From contig JAUZTB010000063.1 in NCBI GenBank assembly GCA_034780895.1, forward strand, positions 20,017,764-20,081,763: a DNA stretch of 64,000 nucleotides, written 5' to 3'. Positions 62,400-64,000 of this stretch are shown here, in pieces. The position numbers were made by a program, and so were the translations under genes. This stretch comes from Rhynchobatus australiae (Eukaryota). Each line of letters opens with the position of its first letter. Positions within the stretch are counted from its first letter, which is position 1. The notes beneath the pieces are model-generated. The model did not search any database and was not told where the DNA came from. It was given only the letters and a program-made list of their open reading frames with translations.

Positions 62400-63600
62400 T
62401 AGTGCTCATCCATCCTTGGGGAGTTGCCCTCTCCTCTATGAAATGTGCTGTGGTCAGCCCTATCCTTAAAAAAAACTGTTCTGTCCTTGCAAGTTACTGC
62501 TCTATTTTCATCCTTTTCTCTTAGTGCTTAAATGTATTGTAGCATCCCAGATTCCTGCCCATATTTCTTGAAATAACATATTTAAACCTGCTGGAGCACC
62601 ATCTCTCCAATCAGGAATCTGCCCCTGCAGCCCCCTGAAATGGCTCTTATTAAAGTGGCTACTCACATTCTGTGACTGTAATAAATGTAAACTATCCCTA
62701 GTTGGGGTTATTTATCTGTGTGCATTTCAGTGTGATTGACCACACCATTCTCTTCCACTATCCAGCAGACTGCATTCTTATCTATCCAATAATAGCCACA
62801 GGATCTTTTGAAATGGGTTCTTTTTGTGTTCCTGGACCATACCCTCTGGTGTCTGCTAAGGATTTGTTTTCGGTGGCATCCTATTTCTCATTTACTGGCT
62901 ATAATTTGGAAACGTACAATAATTGATGCTGTGGTTTTAGAACATGTGCTGACTGCACAGAGCTGTATCTTGCCACCAGCATTCTTGATTCTTCCACTGA
63001 CTCTAAATGGTCAGATTGCTTGCCCATTTTCCATGACTGAATATTGAGAATACAAGCACTTGTCCTTAGTTCCTTTCAAAATCTCCATTCACAAGTCATC
63101 GACTTCAGGCTTTTCAGGGCAATTGGTATGGCTGGCTCAGTCTATGTGCAACCTAGTTGTCTTGTTGAACCTTTATGCTTCTGACAATGTTAAGCTAAAC
63201 AACTTTTTTTAACCTCTATAATTTTGACAAATTCTGCCTAGGCCTTGGCTCAAATCCTCATATTTGCCTATGCTATGTCTAGGCTTTACTATTCCAATAC
63301 ATTCCTGTCCAGCCTCCCATGTACTATCCTTAATAAATTTGTTATTCGGAACTCTGCTACTCATGTTGTTTCTCTTGGCATGCCCCATTCACCCATCACA
63401 TCCATGCAAGATGATTTGTAGTGAATAAGCAAAGTTTTTTTTAAAGTTATCATCCTTTTCAAATTCCTCCATGATGTCAGTGCTTCTATCTCTATAATTT
63501 GCTCCAGTTTGAAACCTTCCCAACTCTAACAATGTACTTTTTGAACATCTGGATTTTACATGTTCTATTGTTGCTTCAGCTGCTAAGATCCTAAGCTCAG
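62400..63600 (+). mobile_element. Highly decayed L2 LINE
   Basis: Remnant RT motifs (EMALIKV, AFSVIDHTIL) and an L2-like C-terminal region. Confidence 0.5.
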
Positions 63601-63629
63601 GAGTCCCATTCATGAAGCACCTGGTCTCT

Positions 63630-64000
63630 AATGAACAATGAATTTTCCAGTTTTGGGTAATTCGTTCCCCCTCTATTCCTTTCCCGCTCCCACCAGTCCT
63701 CCCTTTGTGGACCTTTTCCATCCCTCCCTCGTTACTAAGATGTCATCCTCCCCCATTTGGTTCCATCTGGTAATCTCCCACTTGCCTATCTACTTCCATT
63801 TCTTCTCCCTTAGTTCATTTTTTTTTCTTATCCCTGCGCCCACCTGGTTCCATCTTCCCATTATCCTTCCCTTATCTGGTTCCACCTATCGGTCACCTTC
63901 CCCCTTATTTATGGCTATTTTCTCCCAATACTCCTGGTCATGATGCAGGTGCTTGACCCAAAATGTTGGCCATGCCTTTGCCTCCACAGATGCTGTTTGA
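63630..64000 (+). mobile_element. PLE 3' region with pyrimidine-rich repeats and hammerhead-like core
   Basis: ORF end MNNEFSSFG*, CACCTGGTTCCATC monomers, and GGTC-ATGATGCA-GGTGCTTGACCC-AAAA-TGTT-GGCC at 63936-63971. Confidence 0.6.

Noticed and set aside
45400-64000. PHTF2 coding exons
   Set aside because: No frame resembling the PHTF N-terminus was found; only synteny suggests the gene lies further right.

Overview
Vertebrate nuclear DNA from a gapped draft assembly (many 100-N and longer gaps). The repeat content suggests a cartilaginous fish (inference). The window holds the 3' six coding exons of RSBN1L (+ strand, 9560-36499; DPY-21/KDM9-type H4K20me2 demethylase family), including one GC-AG intron, and a convergent intronless TMEM60 CDS (- strand, 44339-44737). 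This matches the RSBN1L-TMEM60-PHTF2 arrangement known from mammals, but I found no PHTF2 coding exon. Two CpG-retaining promoter-like regions lie at ~44.75-45.4 kb and ~56.7-57.4 kb. The rest is mostly decayed retroelements: CR1 and L2 LINEs, a second LINE family, tRNA- and Deu-type SINEs, Penelope-like elements (PLEs), two LTR-type insertions with clean target-site duplications, and possible Tc1/mariner MITEs. The most interesting hidden structure is about ten PLE terminal fragments carrying degenerate minimal hammerhead-ribozyme cores. They fall into two subfamilies with covarying stem I, and one sits in the loop of a 64-bp inverted repeat inside an RSBN1L intron. No prokaryotic-type system (CRISPR, operon) is present, and most ORF-track entries are repeat remnants, gap read-throughs or noise.
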